Source of the DNA: an uncultured Piscirickettsiaceae bacterium
Lineage (GTDB): Bacteria > Pseudomonadota > Gammaproteobacteria > GCF-002020875
Reading direction: 5' to 3'
NCBI GenBank assembly: GCA_964551545.1
Contig: CAZKCT010000001.1
Span: 36,065-100,064 of the forward strand
DNA: 64,000 nucleotides
In this document: positions 52,518 through 61,867 of the stretch, piece by piece
Position numbering within the stretch: position 1 is the stretch's first letter
How the letters are laid out: each line of letters opens with the position of its first letter
Program-made: the position numbers and the translations under genes
Notes under the pieces: generated by a model
Database searches by the model: none
What the model saw: the letters and a program-made list of their open reading frames with translations, nothing else
Told to the model about the DNA's origin: nothing

Positions 52518-54119
52518 CTATCGAGGCAGGGTGATTTCAGCGCTGAATCCACCCTCTGGAAGATTATTGAGGGTTAGAGTGCCAGCGTGAGACTCGGTGA
52601 TCTCCTGGACAATGGCCAGACCAAGGCCGATGCCGCCACTCTGGCGATTTCTTGATGAGTCGGCTCGGAAGTAGGGGGTTGTGATCTTCTCCAGGAGTGC
52701 CGGGTCAACCCCGGGACCATCATCAACCACGCGAATGGTGAGCTGGCGTTCATTGTCCTCAATCAACAGCGCCACCTGCTCTCCATATCGGAATGCATTG
52801 TTGAGCAGATTCTGTATGGCGCGCCGGAGTTGGAGTGGCTGGCAGAGGTAGCGCCAATGTGCTTTGCCGTGACTGGAAAGTGGGCGGTTAACCTCCCTCA
52901 TCTCTTGCTGGATCTCAGCGATCAACTGGTTGATATCGATAATCCCGGGGCTTTCTTGGAGCTCTTCATCTCGCAGATAACTGAGAGAGTGCTCGACCAG
53001 TTGCTGGATCTCTCCAATGTCTGCAAGGCTCTGTTGTTGGGGGGTACCACTCAGTAGCGTTGAGATCCTGAGCTGCAGGCGGGTGAGTGGGGTACGAAGA
53101 TCGTGAGAGATGGCATTGAGCATACGAATACGGTTTTGGGTCTGAAGGATAAGCCTGCGTTCACTGCTTCGCTGCTGTTCATAGTACTGTGCGCTCTGCT
53201 GGCTCCGATACTGTACGGTCAGAAAGTAGATCATGGAGAGTATGCCTAGCGCTACCCAGTGAAAAAGAGAGAGCGTGAGAACCTTGATGGTTGCTTCTGA
53301 CCTCAGTAGAAAAGGTTGGCTGGGATTGTTGAGGCGGACTCGGTCCGTGAGGGAAATAGTGATGTTTCCGGCAAGGTCTGAAAGGCTTCCCGTGCCTTTT
53401 CTTTCTACCAGAGGGCGCTGTTTCTCATTGTTTGGGTTATAGAGTGAGAGCGCTGTGGTCAAGCGAGATTTGGGAGGGAGTAGTGTGGTTGGATCAATCA
53501 ACAACCCAACATGGAGCTCAGAATACCAGGGGAATGGTTGGTCCTGCTTTTCAATTAGACGGGTGGTACGTTGTAGTAGGAAATAGTGGGGTTTGTCATC
53601 AATCAAGTAGGGGAGGGAGCTGTGTGCATCGACCCCACTGGTGGCATGAATAGTTCCACTCAGGGCAGGGATCTTTTGTGCGTCCTCGTTGGCCAGAGTG
53701 TATAAATCATCGCTACGGGCGGAATGGTAGAGCAGAATGGGGGAGGTGAGTGCCGGGTGGTTTCCTGCTTTCGTTGTCTCTGTGGGGTGCTCCGTGGGCA
53801 GTGTTGGGAATAGCATTACAGCGCGAACCTGTGGAAAAGGAGCGATCAGCGGGGCGATGGTTGCATGAATCCGTTGCTGCTGGAATAGATCTGCAGGGCC
53901 GATTAGCTGGGCGATGGTTTGCAGAACATTTTCATGGGTCTGGAGGAGATGTTCAATCTGTTGTTTCTGCTGGTGAGAGGCCGAAAAAAAGTCTGCTCTT
54001 GCGGCCACATATTGGTGGATAGTGAGCCATCCAAGCGTGACAGAAACCAGTAGCACCCACCCCGCAATCAAGGTGCGATATCGACGCCAGAGATGACGGA
54101 TAGAGAGGCGGTTCCTCAA
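52518..54119 (-). CDS. Two-component sensor histidine kinase (periplasmic sensing domain, HisKA, HATPase)
   Basis: Two TM helices flanking a periplasmic domain of about 250 aa. H-box LNAISHDLRTPLTRL. N/G boxes (NLLNNAFRY, GGIGLGLAIV). Confidence 0.8.
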   Translation of the reverse strand: MRNRLSIRHLWRRYRTLIAGWVLLVSVTLGWLTIHQYVAARADFFSASHQQKQQIEHLLQTHENVLQTIAQLIGPADLFQQQRIHATIAPLIAPFPQVRAVMLFPTLPTEHPTETTKAGNHPALTSPILLYHSARSDDLYTLANEDAQKIPALSGTIHATSGVDAHSSLPYLIDDKPHYFLLQRTTRLIEKQDQPFPWYSELHVGLLIDPTTLLPPKSRLTTALSLYNPNNEKQRPLVERKGTGSLSDLAGNITISLTDRVRLNNPSQPFLLRSEATIKVLTLSLFHWVALGILSMIYFLTVQYRSQQSAQYYEQQRSSERRLILQTQNRIRMLNAISHDLRTPLTRLQLRISTLLSGTPQQQSLADIGEIQQLVEHSLSYLRDEELQESPGIIDINQLIAEIQQEMREVNRPLSSHGKAHWRYLCQPLQLRRAIQNLLNNAFRYGEQVALLIEDNERQLTIRVVDDGPGVDPALLEKITTPYFRADSSRNRQSGGIGLGLAIVQEITESHAGTLTLNNLPEGGFSAEITLPR

Positions 54120-54925
54120 TGGAGGTCGTCCTGTTCTGGGTGGGAAGACGGAGTGGACCGCTCCGTACTCTTTTCTGATTCGGCGATCTGTAGCTCCAGC
54201 GCCTCATAGGCGGCTAGGACCTCTTTCCGATTCCGTTCCAGTGTGGAAGAGACACGATCCAGGCTTTGTGTGATCTCTCCCAACTCTCCCTCAGTGGGTA
54301 GGTTTTGTGCTGGAGGGGTGAGATTGCCCGATGCGATGCTTCCCATGGCTAGCTTGAGCCTAGACAAGAATTGAGTGAGTTGTTTGGAGAGAAGGTAGAC
54401 CAACAGTAGTGCAACCACAAAGGCGGAGAGACCCGCCCAGAGTGTCTCCATAATCAGTTGTTGGCGACTCTCTTTGAGTCTGTTGTTTGAGAGGGTGAGC
54501 GCCACCGATCCCAGTAGTGGGGCTGGCGCAGTATTGGATGAGTCCCATGTGTCAATAGATAGCATTGACGCATGGATGGGGGCGGTAAAGACCGTTCCTG
54601 GTGTGACCTCCAACAAGGACGAGGGGATGTGCTCAATTTGGGCGAGCAGATGGAACTGGTTATCGTAGATCTCGATTCGGTCAATCTCTGGCTGTTGTAC
54701 GACCTGATTCAGGTAGGTGCGAAGGGCGTCCATATCCCCAGAGAATATCGAATATTCACAACTGGGTGCGATCTGTTTTACCAGAGTTTCTCCATGTCGC
54801 TGATGCTCTATAAGGAGGTGACTCCATCCGTTATAGGCTGTATGGAGTGTCATGGCGATCCATACGATCAAGGCGGGGATAGCGCCTAGCAGAAGAATCT
54901 GGGTTCGAAAAGGCCAATGGTTCAT
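54116..54925 (-). CDS. Membrane protein with a periplasmic domain and a cytoplasmic HAMP-like coiled coil, with no kinase domain
   Basis: TM1, a periplasmic region of about 130 aa, TM2, then a HAMP-like LSKQLTQFLSRLKLAMGSIASGNL and a coiled-coil tail. ATGA overlaps on both sides. Confidence 0.5.
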   Translation of the reverse strand: MNHWPFRTQILLLGAIPALIVWIAMTLHTAYNGWSHLLIEHQRHGETLVKQIAPSCEYSIFSGDMDALRTYLNQVVQQPEIDRIEIYDNQFHLLAQIEHIPSSLLEVTPGTVFTAPIHASMLSIDTWDSSNTAPAPLLGSVALTLSNNRLKESRQQLIMETLWAGLSAFVVALLLVYLLSKQLTQFLSRLKLAMGSIASGNLTPPAQNLPTEGELGEITQSLDRVSSTLERNRKEVLAAYEALELQIAESEKSTERSTPSSHPEQDDLH

Positions 54926-55779
54926 TGCAACGTCTCCTCAAACTGTTGCAGTTGTTGGGTCAAGGTCGATGGATGGTCCAGATGGATCCCGAGGGATCGT
55001 GCGACCTTGGGGTTGGTGACTACGGTAAATTGTGCGGGGTACTGTGGTGAGAACAGGGCAGTGTTGCCTTGTCCTCCCCGGCTGAATTGAGAAATCCACG
55101 TTTGAGTCTGCGCGATCATCTCTTCGCTCGATGTTGATGCCCCCACCACGCAGCCCGCCTGTACCGCCGACGTGGTGTGACAGATTAGCGGTTTCTGTTG
55201 CCGGTAAGCGGAGAGCAGAATGCCGCGAAAACTTTGGGCATTAAATAGGGCGGGGTCATGGTGGGTAATCAAGGCATTCGTGTTAGAGAGGAGCTGTCTC
55301 AATGAGGGGTGTAGCTGTTGTGTGGTCTGTTGCGTGATCTGTAGCCCCTGTTGAGTGAGGATTTCAATATTCTCCTCCTCTCCACTCTGCAGGATACCGA
55401 CGTGGTGAATGGATGGGAGTGCAAGGGCGCTTAACTGAATCAGTCGATGGAGCGGTTGTTCGCGAAAGATTGCAGTGGCGGGGTGTTTGAGTGACGGGGC
55501 CTGTTGTAGGGCCTGATCGAACTCATCATGGGTCACCAACAGGGCCAATAGAGGAGTGGGGATAGACTGTTGTAGTGCGTTGGTTAGGCTCTTCGGGCCA
55601 ATGGTAATGAGTAAGTTGGGTGTGCTGTCAGAGAGGGGTAAGGAGCTGAGTGTCTCCTCTAACTGTATAGAGAAGGACTGATAGGCCTGTGGAGGGTCCG
55701 CCAGTAAGGTGATGGTTCCCGATTGCGCCCCGCTGCCGAATAGAATGCACAGCAGCAAAAGGAGCAGGCGAATACTCAT
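54922..55779 (-). CDS. PF04392-like periplasmic substrate-binding-type protein
   Basis: Has a signal peptide. The C-terminal block QYPAQFTVVTNPKVARSLGIHL resembles ABC_sub_bind family tails, cf. 35133. Confidence 0.45.
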   Translation of the reverse strand: MSIRLLLLLLCILFGSGAQSGTITLLADPPQAYQSFSIQLEETLSSLPLSDSTPNLLITIGPKSLTNALQQSIPTPLLALLVTHDEFDQALQQAPSLKHPATAIFREQPLHRLIQLSALALPSIHHVGILQSGEEENIEILTQQGLQITQQTTQQLHPSLRQLLSNTNALITHHDPALFNAQSFRGILLSAYRQQKPLICHTTSAVQAGCVVGASTSSEEMIAQTQTWISQFSRGGQGNTALFSPQYPAQFTVVTNPKVARSLGIHLDHPSTLTQQLQQFEETLQ

Positions 55780-55797
55780 GCTGGGATATCGCGGGGG

Positions 55798-57771
55798 TTA
55801 CCACTCACTTTTTAGCGTTAGCATGAAATCGGTTTTATTATTATTGGAGTGGCTGCTGTCATACTCCACTACCGTTCCAAGGTGGTGACGAAGCAGTAAG
55901 CCGATTGTTGCGGGTTGAGCGGATGTGAGCTCTATTTTTTGATTGAGTGCTAGATCCACGCGTCGCATTGGCGTAGTGAAATCGGCGGCTGAGCAGCCAC
56001 TGTTTTCGGTGGTGTAGCTGAGTTCGCCACAGAGTAATCCCATATAGTAGAAGGCGAGCGAGCCCTGCAGGGAGGTGCCGAAGCGGTGGGTGGCCATTGC
56101 AGAGAGGATCTTCTTTGGACTGGAGCTGGAGAGATCCTCTGTTTCACTGTGGTAGCTGAAGATATGCCCATAGGAGAGATCCAGACGATTCTTGGCATCC
56201 GGTGTCCAATGAGTCTCAAGTTCAATACCGTTAATCTCTGCAGAGTAGAGATTGGCATGGGTGAATGGGTATAGATCAAAACTGGGAGTGAGGAGTGCTG
56301 TAGGAATTGAATTTGTGGTTAACCCCGTCATGTCGGAGAGTCGCTCCTGATAAAGACGGATGTCTCCACTAGCATTGTGTTGCGGTAGATTAAAGTGCCA
56401 CCCCAGCTCCCGAGCAGTGATCTGTTCGGGACGTAGAGCATAGCTGGATGAGCCGATTTCACTAAGCCTAGAGGAGGCGACGGCGGTGATATAGTTAACT
56501 TCTGGATCGGTCCATTTGGCATACTGCTCTAGCAGATCTGGAGAGCGAATGGCCTCGGAGTAGCTGGCCCGCAGGGTGTGGTTGGGGGTAAGGTGGTAGT
56601 TTAGAGCGACTCTTGGGGAGAGTTTGCTAAACCCTCCAACATCTTCATGGTCCCACATGACCCCGCCATGGAGTAGTAGATGATCGGCGGCTCGCCACTC
56701 CAGATTGGCATAGAGTTGATGGCTGTTCTTCTTGTAGGTCTGCCCATCGCCAAAATAGGTGGAGGACTTTACCCGATCCTGTCGCAGTGCAAGACCAGAG
56801 ACAGAGCGTAGTTGATCATTATGGTTCTGGTTGTACTGTAACTCCAGATGGTAACGGGACTCATCCCAGTTGCGGTTGCCAGCACTCCACTCATGGATCA
56901 CGTTGATTTGTTGATGATAGGCGGTCAGCTCCGTTGAGCGGTCTGCGTCAATGAGTCGCTTCCAGCGGATCTGTTGGTGGCTGTTCTTCCAGTGGGCAGT
57001 AGTTGGCAATGAGATTTTGCCAACATCCTTGTCTCCATCCTTGAATCCCAGGTCGAGATGAATTTGGTCGGTTGGGCTGTGTTGATAATCCCCTCTCCAG
57101 TTGAGGAAATGGAGTGCCTCTTCATCTCGGTAGGTACCTTGGTCATAGCCATCGTCCCCATAGTATTTCATCGAGAGGCGGTAGCTGAGATCCTGGAGAT
57201 TGCCTACATGACGGAATGCACTCTCTCTCCGGTCGCCAGTTCCTGTGGTGACGGAGAGCAGCGAGGGGGTGTCGGCCGAATTGCGAGTGATGATGTTGAT
57301 CACTCCCATAAAGGCATTGGCACCATAAGAGACCGTGGAGGGGGCGCGCACCACCTCGATGCGTTCAATGTCCTCGATGATCAGAGGGAGATCGTTCCAC
57401 ATCACTCGAGAGAATCCGGCCTGATAGACGGAGCGCCCGTCGACTAAGACTTGCAGGTGACGACCATTCCCGCTACCGGATGTATCAAGTCCATGATATT
57501 TAACCTGCGGTTTATTGCCGTTGCTATAGACCACAAACATGCCAGGAACGAGGCGGAAAAGCTCCGCGATCTCTCGAATCCCGCTCTCCTCAATCTGTTT
57601 TCTGCGGATGATGGTGACCGCGGCAGGGGCCTCATTAATGGCCTGCTCGATTCTTGATGGCGTGAGTACAATAGGAAGGGCGTCGAGGTCGTCCAGTGGC
57701 TCTACTGCAATACCAGTTGATGATGTGGTGATTAGCAGGACGGGGATGATGTTCCGGAAAGAGCGCCTCAC
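55798..57771 (-). CDS. TonB-dependent outer-membrane receptor
   Basis: Signal peptide and an N-terminal plug with a TonB-box-like region (ALPIVLTPSRIEQ). Barrel motifs. The C-terminus ends in an aromatic residue (TLKSEW). Confidence 0.8.
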   Translation of the reverse strand: MRRSFRNIIPVLLITTSSTGIAVEPLDDLDALPIVLTPSRIEQAINEAPAAVTIIRRKQIEESGIREIAELFRLVPGMFVVYSNGNKPQVKYHGLDTSGSGNGRHLQVLVDGRSVYQAGFSRVMWNDLPLIIEDIERIEVVRAPSTVSYGANAFMGVINIITRNSADTPSLLSVTTGTGDRRESAFRHVGNLQDLSYRLSMKYYGDDGYDQGTYRDEEALHFLNWRGDYQHSPTDQIHLDLGFKDGDKDVGKISLPTTAHWKNSHQQIRWKRLIDADRSTELTAYHQQINVIHEWSAGNRNWDESRYHLELQYNQNHNDQLRSVSGLALRQDRVKSSTYFGDGQTYKKNSHQLYANLEWRAADHLLLHGGVMWDHEDVGGFSKLSPRVALNYHLTPNHTLRASYSEAIRSPDLLEQYAKWTDPEVNYITAVASSRLSEIGSSSYALRPEQITARELGWHFNLPQHNASGDIRLYQERLSDMTGLTTNSIPTALLTPSFDLYPFTHANLYSAEINGIELETHWTPDAKNRLDLSYGHIFSYHSETEDLSSSSPKKILSAMATHRFGTSLQGSLAFYYMGLLCGELSYTTENSGCSAADFTTPMRRVDLALNQKIELTSAQPATIGLLLRHHLGTVVEYDSSHSNNNKTDFMLTLKSEW

Positions 57772-58484
57772 TGTTCGGTGATTTCAACGGGGGCGGAGAG
57801 GATATACCCTTGATTACGAATGGTCTGGATAATCATCCCGCGTTTGTCCCCAATCTGCTCTCGAATCCGACTGACCTGAACATCAATACTGCGGCTGTTG
57901 ACCTCTACCTGGGTGCCTAGTAACTCATCGGTGACCTGGTGCCGGTTGAGTATCTGGTTGGGACGGTTCAGAAAATGGAGGAGCAGCTTGAGTTGGCTAT
58001 CAGGAAGCGCGACTCGCTGGCCGTCCTCTCGAGTAATGACCCGATCAGGCATGGAGAGGGTGATCCCTCCAAAATGGAAGTGTTGTTGTTTGTCAGGAGA
58101 GGCGGGTGTTGGGGTGCGACGCAGGATGGCATGGATTCGTTCCAACAGCTCACTCGGGTCAAAAGGTTTGGTCAGGTAGTCGTCGGCCCCCAGTCGAAGG
58201 CCGTGAATGCGGTCGCTGGTTTCGGCACGGGCCGAGAGCATAATGATTGGAAGATCGCTCTTTTTGCGTAGGGTTTCGGCGATAGAGAAGCCATCTTCAC
58301 CGGGGAGCATGATATCGAGAATGAGGAGTGCAATCGGCTCACGCCCCAGAATTTCCCATGCCTTCTCCCCATCTGGGGCGGTCCAGACATTTTCAAAGCC
58401 CTTCTTGTTCAGATAGTGGCGGAGCAGCGAACGGATTTCATTGTCGTCATCGACAATCAGCAGGTGTTGAGATAGAGATTCCAT
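57768..58484 (-). CDS. OmpR-family response regulator (REC plus winged-helix)
   Basis: Receiver LLIVDDDNEIR ... LLILDIMLPGEDG ... KPF. C-terminal trans_reg_C winged helix (QRVALPDSQLKLLLHFL). Confidence 0.85.
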   Translation of the reverse strand: MESLSQHLLIVDDDNEIRSLLRHYLNKKGFENVWTAPDGEKAWEILGREPIALLILDIMLPGEDGFSIAETLRKKSDLPIIMLSARAETSDRIHGLRLGADDYLTKPFDPSELLERIHAILRRTPTPASPDKQQHFHFGGITLSMPDRVITREDGQRVALPDSQLKLLLHFLNRPNQILNRHQVTDELLGTQVEVNSRSIDVQVSRIREQIGDKRGMIIQTIRNQGYILSAPVEITEQ

Positions 58485-58537
58485 ATAAAGAATTATAGAT
58501 AATCCCCTGCTGAAATTGTGTTACTGAATGTAACGAG

Positions 58538-58804
58538 TCAAGTGTTTGATTGATCTGTGTTTTGACTTGTGGCACCTTCCTCAATGATCTGATCGAGACG
58601 AATCTCAATGGGCTGTTTTTTCCCATTGATTGCAATGAGGAATTCTCCTCCTGGGCGGGTCACCAGATCGGTTGGGAAGATCTTCTGTGATTCAGTGATC
58701 CCTGAGTTTGTATGCCACTGCAGTCGTAGTGGCCTGCGCTGCAGGATGGCCAGCTCATACTCGCTGTGGCGGGCACAGGAGATGGGCTGGTAAGACGACC
58801 TCAT
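58538..58804 (-). CDS. Hypothetical 88-aa protein translationally coupled to argF
   Basis: Its ATG overlaps the argF stop (ATGA) on the same strand. I recognise no motif. Kept because of the coupling geometry. Confidence 0.3.
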   Translation of the reverse strand: MRSSYQPISCARHSEYELAILQRRPLRLQWHTNSGITESQKIFPTDLVTRPGGEFLIAINGKKQPIEIRLDQIIEEGATSQNTDQSNT

Positions 58805-59706
58805 TGCTGCATCAAGAACTCGAGCAGGGCTTTCTGGGCATGAAGGCGATTCTCGGCCTCATCCCAGACCACGCTCTGCGGGCCATCGATGACGCCAGCG
58901 CTCACCTCTTCTCCTCGATGTGCAGGGAGGCAGTGCATGAAGAGAGCCTCGGGATTGGCGTGGCTCATCAGCGCCTCATCCACTTGGTAATCCTGGAAGA
59001 TGGTGTTGCGAGTGCTGCTCTCCTCCTCCTGTCCCATGCTGGCCCAGACATCCGTCACAATCAGATCTGCATTGCGTACCGCATCCGCCGGGTCTCTCAT
59101 CAGGGTGATGGAAGATTCGGTCTGTGCCACCATCTCCGGCTTGGGCTCATACCCTTCAGGGGTGGCGATGTTGAGGTGGAAGCCAAAGCGTAGCGCTGCG
59201 TTCATGTAGGAGTGGCACATATTATTGCCATCCCCGATCCATGCCACGGTCTTGCCACGGATGGAGCCACGATGTTCAACATAGGCCTGCATGTCGGCCA
59301 GTAACTGACAGGGGTGGTAGTCATCAGTCAGCGCATTGATGACAGGGACCTTGGAGTACGCTGCAAAGCGTTCCACATTTTCATGGGAGAAAGTGCGGAT
59401 CATCACCACATCGACCATGCTGGAGAGGACGCGTGCGCTATCTTCAATCGGCTCGCCACGCCCCAGTTGGGTATCTCGAGAGGAGAGAAAGATGGCGCTG
59501 CCGCCAAACTGGGCCATACCGGTCTCGAAGGAGACCCGGGTGCGGGTGGAGGACTTCTCGAAAATCATCCCCAGCACCTGGTTCTTCAGCGGCTCATAGA
59601 TCTCACCTGCGTGCTGCATCTTCTTCAGCTCAATCGCGCGTTCGATGAGCTGCTCCAGCTCCTCGCTGCTGAAATCAAGCAGAGTCAGAAAGTGTCTTGT
59701 GGTCAT
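58801..59706 (-). CDS. argF: Ornithine carbamoyltransferase
   Basis: STRTR carbamoyl-phosphate-binding motif, HCLP and 301 aa. It overlaps the argD stop. Confidence 0.9.
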   Translation of the reverse strand: MTTRHFLTLLDFSSEELEQLIERAIELKKMQHAGEIYEPLKNQVLGMIFEKSSTRTRVSFETGMAQFGGSAIFLSSRDTQLGRGEPIEDSARVLSSMVDVVMIRTFSHENVERFAAYSKVPVINALTDDYHPCQLLADMQAYVEHRGSIRGKTVAWIGDGNNMCHSYMNAALRFGFHLNIATPEGYEPKPEMVAQTESSITLMRDPADAVRNADLIVTDVWASMGQEEESSTRNTIFQDYQVDEALMSHANPEALFMHCLPAHRGEEVSAGVIDGPQSVVWDEAENRLHAQKALLEFLMQQ

Positions 59707-60887
59707 GATGGCTGCTCCTCACTCCAGCGTTCTATCAATTCGCTCACCTGATCGATGACTTGGTCGGCCTCATCGTCACTGAGAATCAGTGGGGGCAGCA
59801 GACGAACAACCCGCTCTGCAGTGACGTTAATGAGCAGCTTCTGTTCAAGTGCCTTGGCGACCAGCTCGGTGCAGGGATGAGCTAGCTCAATGCCAATCAT
59901 TAACCCGCTGCTGCGGATGGCGTTGACCTGATCGTTGTTGCCTAGGCGATCTACGAATCCTTGATAGATCCGCTCCCCCAGTTCAGCAGCACGTTCGACA
60001 AGCTTCAGTTGCTGCATGGTCTCAATCACGGCAAGGGCGCCACGAGTCACCAGTGGATTGCCGCCAAAGGTCGAACCGTGCATGCCCGGTTGGAATAGGG
60101 TGGCGGCCTTGCCATGAGCGAGACAGGCGCCAATGGGGAGTCCATTTCCCAGCCCCTTCGCTAGAGTCATGATATCCGGCTGAATGTCATGATGTTGGAA
60201 GCCAAACCACTCTCCGGTGCGCCCCATCCCAGTCTGAATCTCGTCCAGAATCATCAGCCATCCCTGCTCGTCACAGAGAGTCCGAATGCCGCTTAGGTAG
60301 TCTGCATCGGGAATCTGAATGCCGCCTTCCCCTTGTACCGGCTCGACCATCACCGCAACGACCTCTTTGGTGCGGGCTGCGATCTCGGTCAATGCCTCCA
60401 GATCATTATAAGGCGCGCGAATGAACCCTTTGACCAGTGGCTCAAAGCCGGCTTGGACCTTGCGGTTGCCGGTGGCACTGAGGGTGGCAAGGGTGCGTCC
60501 ATGGAAACTCCCTTTGACCACAATAATAGCGGGGTTGTCGATGCCGCTTTGATGACCATAGAGTCGGGCCAGTTTGATCGCGGCCTCATTGGCCTCGGCA
60601 CCGGAGTTGCCAAAGAAGATATTTTCCATCCCGGAGATCTCGCAGAGGCGATCGGCCAGCTGTTGCTGGTTGGGGATCCCGTAGAGGTTGGAGGTGTGGA
60701 GCAGGGTACCAGCCTGGTCGCAGATGGCGGCAGTCACTGCAGGGTGGCTATGTCCCAGTCCGCAGACGGCGATTCCACTCAAGGCATCGAGATAACGGTC
60801 TCCGTTCTCGTTTTCAAGCCATGCGCCTTCGCCTCGAACAAAAGAGACGGGCAGGCGCCCATAGGTGGGCATGATGGTGTCACTCAT
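59703..60887 (-). CDS. argD: Acetylornithine aminotransferase
   Basis: Class III aminotransferase with PLP-lysine region [15 protein letters not shown]. Confidence 0.85.
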   Translation of the reverse strand: MSDTIMPTYGRLPVSFVRGEGAWLENENGDRYLDALSGIAVCGLGHSHPAVTAAICDQAGTLLHTSNLYGIPNQQQLADRLCEISGMENIFFGNSGAEANEAAIKLARLYGHQSGIDNPAIIVVKGSFHGRTLATLSATGNRKVQAGFEPLVKGFIRAPYNDLEALTEIAARTKEVVAVMVEPVQGEGGIQIPDADYLSGIRTLCDEQGWLMILDEIQTGMGRTGEWFGFQHHDIQPDIMTLAKGLGNGLPIGACLAHGKAATLFQPGMHGSTFGGNPLVTRGALAVIETMQQLKLVERAAELGERIYQGFVDRLGNNDQVNAIRSSGLMIGIELAHPCTELVAKALEQKLLINVTAERVVRLLPPLILSDDEADQVIDQVSELIERWSEEQPS

Positions 60888-61039
60888 AAACTTCTAAAAC
60901 TTCTCAGTCAAAAACCCTGTATGAAAAATCCTTTCGTACAAAGCTTTTTCGTCAAAAAATAAAAAACGGCAGCCTCAAAATGATGCTGCCGATCAGTTGA
61001 ATGGATATTGTAATGATTGTTTTTGGTTTGGCAATAAGT

Positions 61040-61066
61040 AAAAACCCCGGAAGAACCGGGGTTTTT
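61040..61066. terminator. Bidirectional rho-independent terminator
   Basis: AAAAA, CCCCGG, loop AAGAA, CCGGGG, TTTTT. It lies 3' of the minus-strand membrane-protein gene. Confidence 0.75.
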
Positions 61067-61086
61067 AGCTTGAGGCCCCGATGATT

Positions 61087-61688
61087 TTAGAAAGGGAGAC
61101 CGTGGCCGTAGGCAGTCATTCCCAAAAGCATCGGGAAGGAGAGCATGGTATTGGTGCGTGATGCCATCAGTGCAACGAACTTGGCCTTTGCAATCTCATC
61201 GGCAGAAGCATCCTTGAGACCAAGAATCTTCTGCTGGTTCGGCCAGATCAGTACCCAGACGTTGAAGAGCATGATGGTGCCAAGCCATGCACCCATGCCG
61301 ATTACTTCCCATCCAGCGGCAAAAGTAAAAGCACCAGCCAGGCCACCCATGCTTTCTAGTGCGCTCACGCCGGTGAACCAGGTCAGAACAGCGGCCCAAC
61401 GGAACCAGAACAGAGCCCGAGGTGCAACATACTTGTTGATCGCGGCTGGGCCAGGTTCACCATCCGCCAGTGCGGCACCAACGGCAGGGACCTGTACTGC
61501 ATTGAAGTAGTAGAGCAGGCCAATCCAGGCAATACCAACAATGGCGTGTAGCCAGACAGTAATCTCAAGCAAGTTCACTGCATAGACAGTGGCCCCTTCT
61601 GCGTTGGGTGTTTTCAGGGCGACAGCAAGGATCAGTGCCAGGATAACGCCGGCGACCACGGTACCAATTCGGGTCTGTAGTGGGTTCA
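61087..61688 (-). CDS. Conserved integral membrane protein of unknown function (about 5 TM helices)
   Basis: Hydrophobic profile. I chose the ATG at 61688 (MNPLQTRIG). The ORF-track N-terminal extension runs into the AT-rich promoter region and is unlikely. The family is unresolved. Confidence 0.45.
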
Positions 61689-61867
61689 TATCAATTTTCT
61701 CCATCGTGAATAAAATAACTAAGCAAAACTGTCGGGTATTATAGGGAGTGAATTGATAAATCGCAATAGCCTTGAAAAAGGAATGTGATTTCATTGTTAG
61801 CTGTATCCCCTTAACCATGTCATTTTGCTGGACAATTAGGAGTTCAGACGGTAGCTTGCTGCCCATC

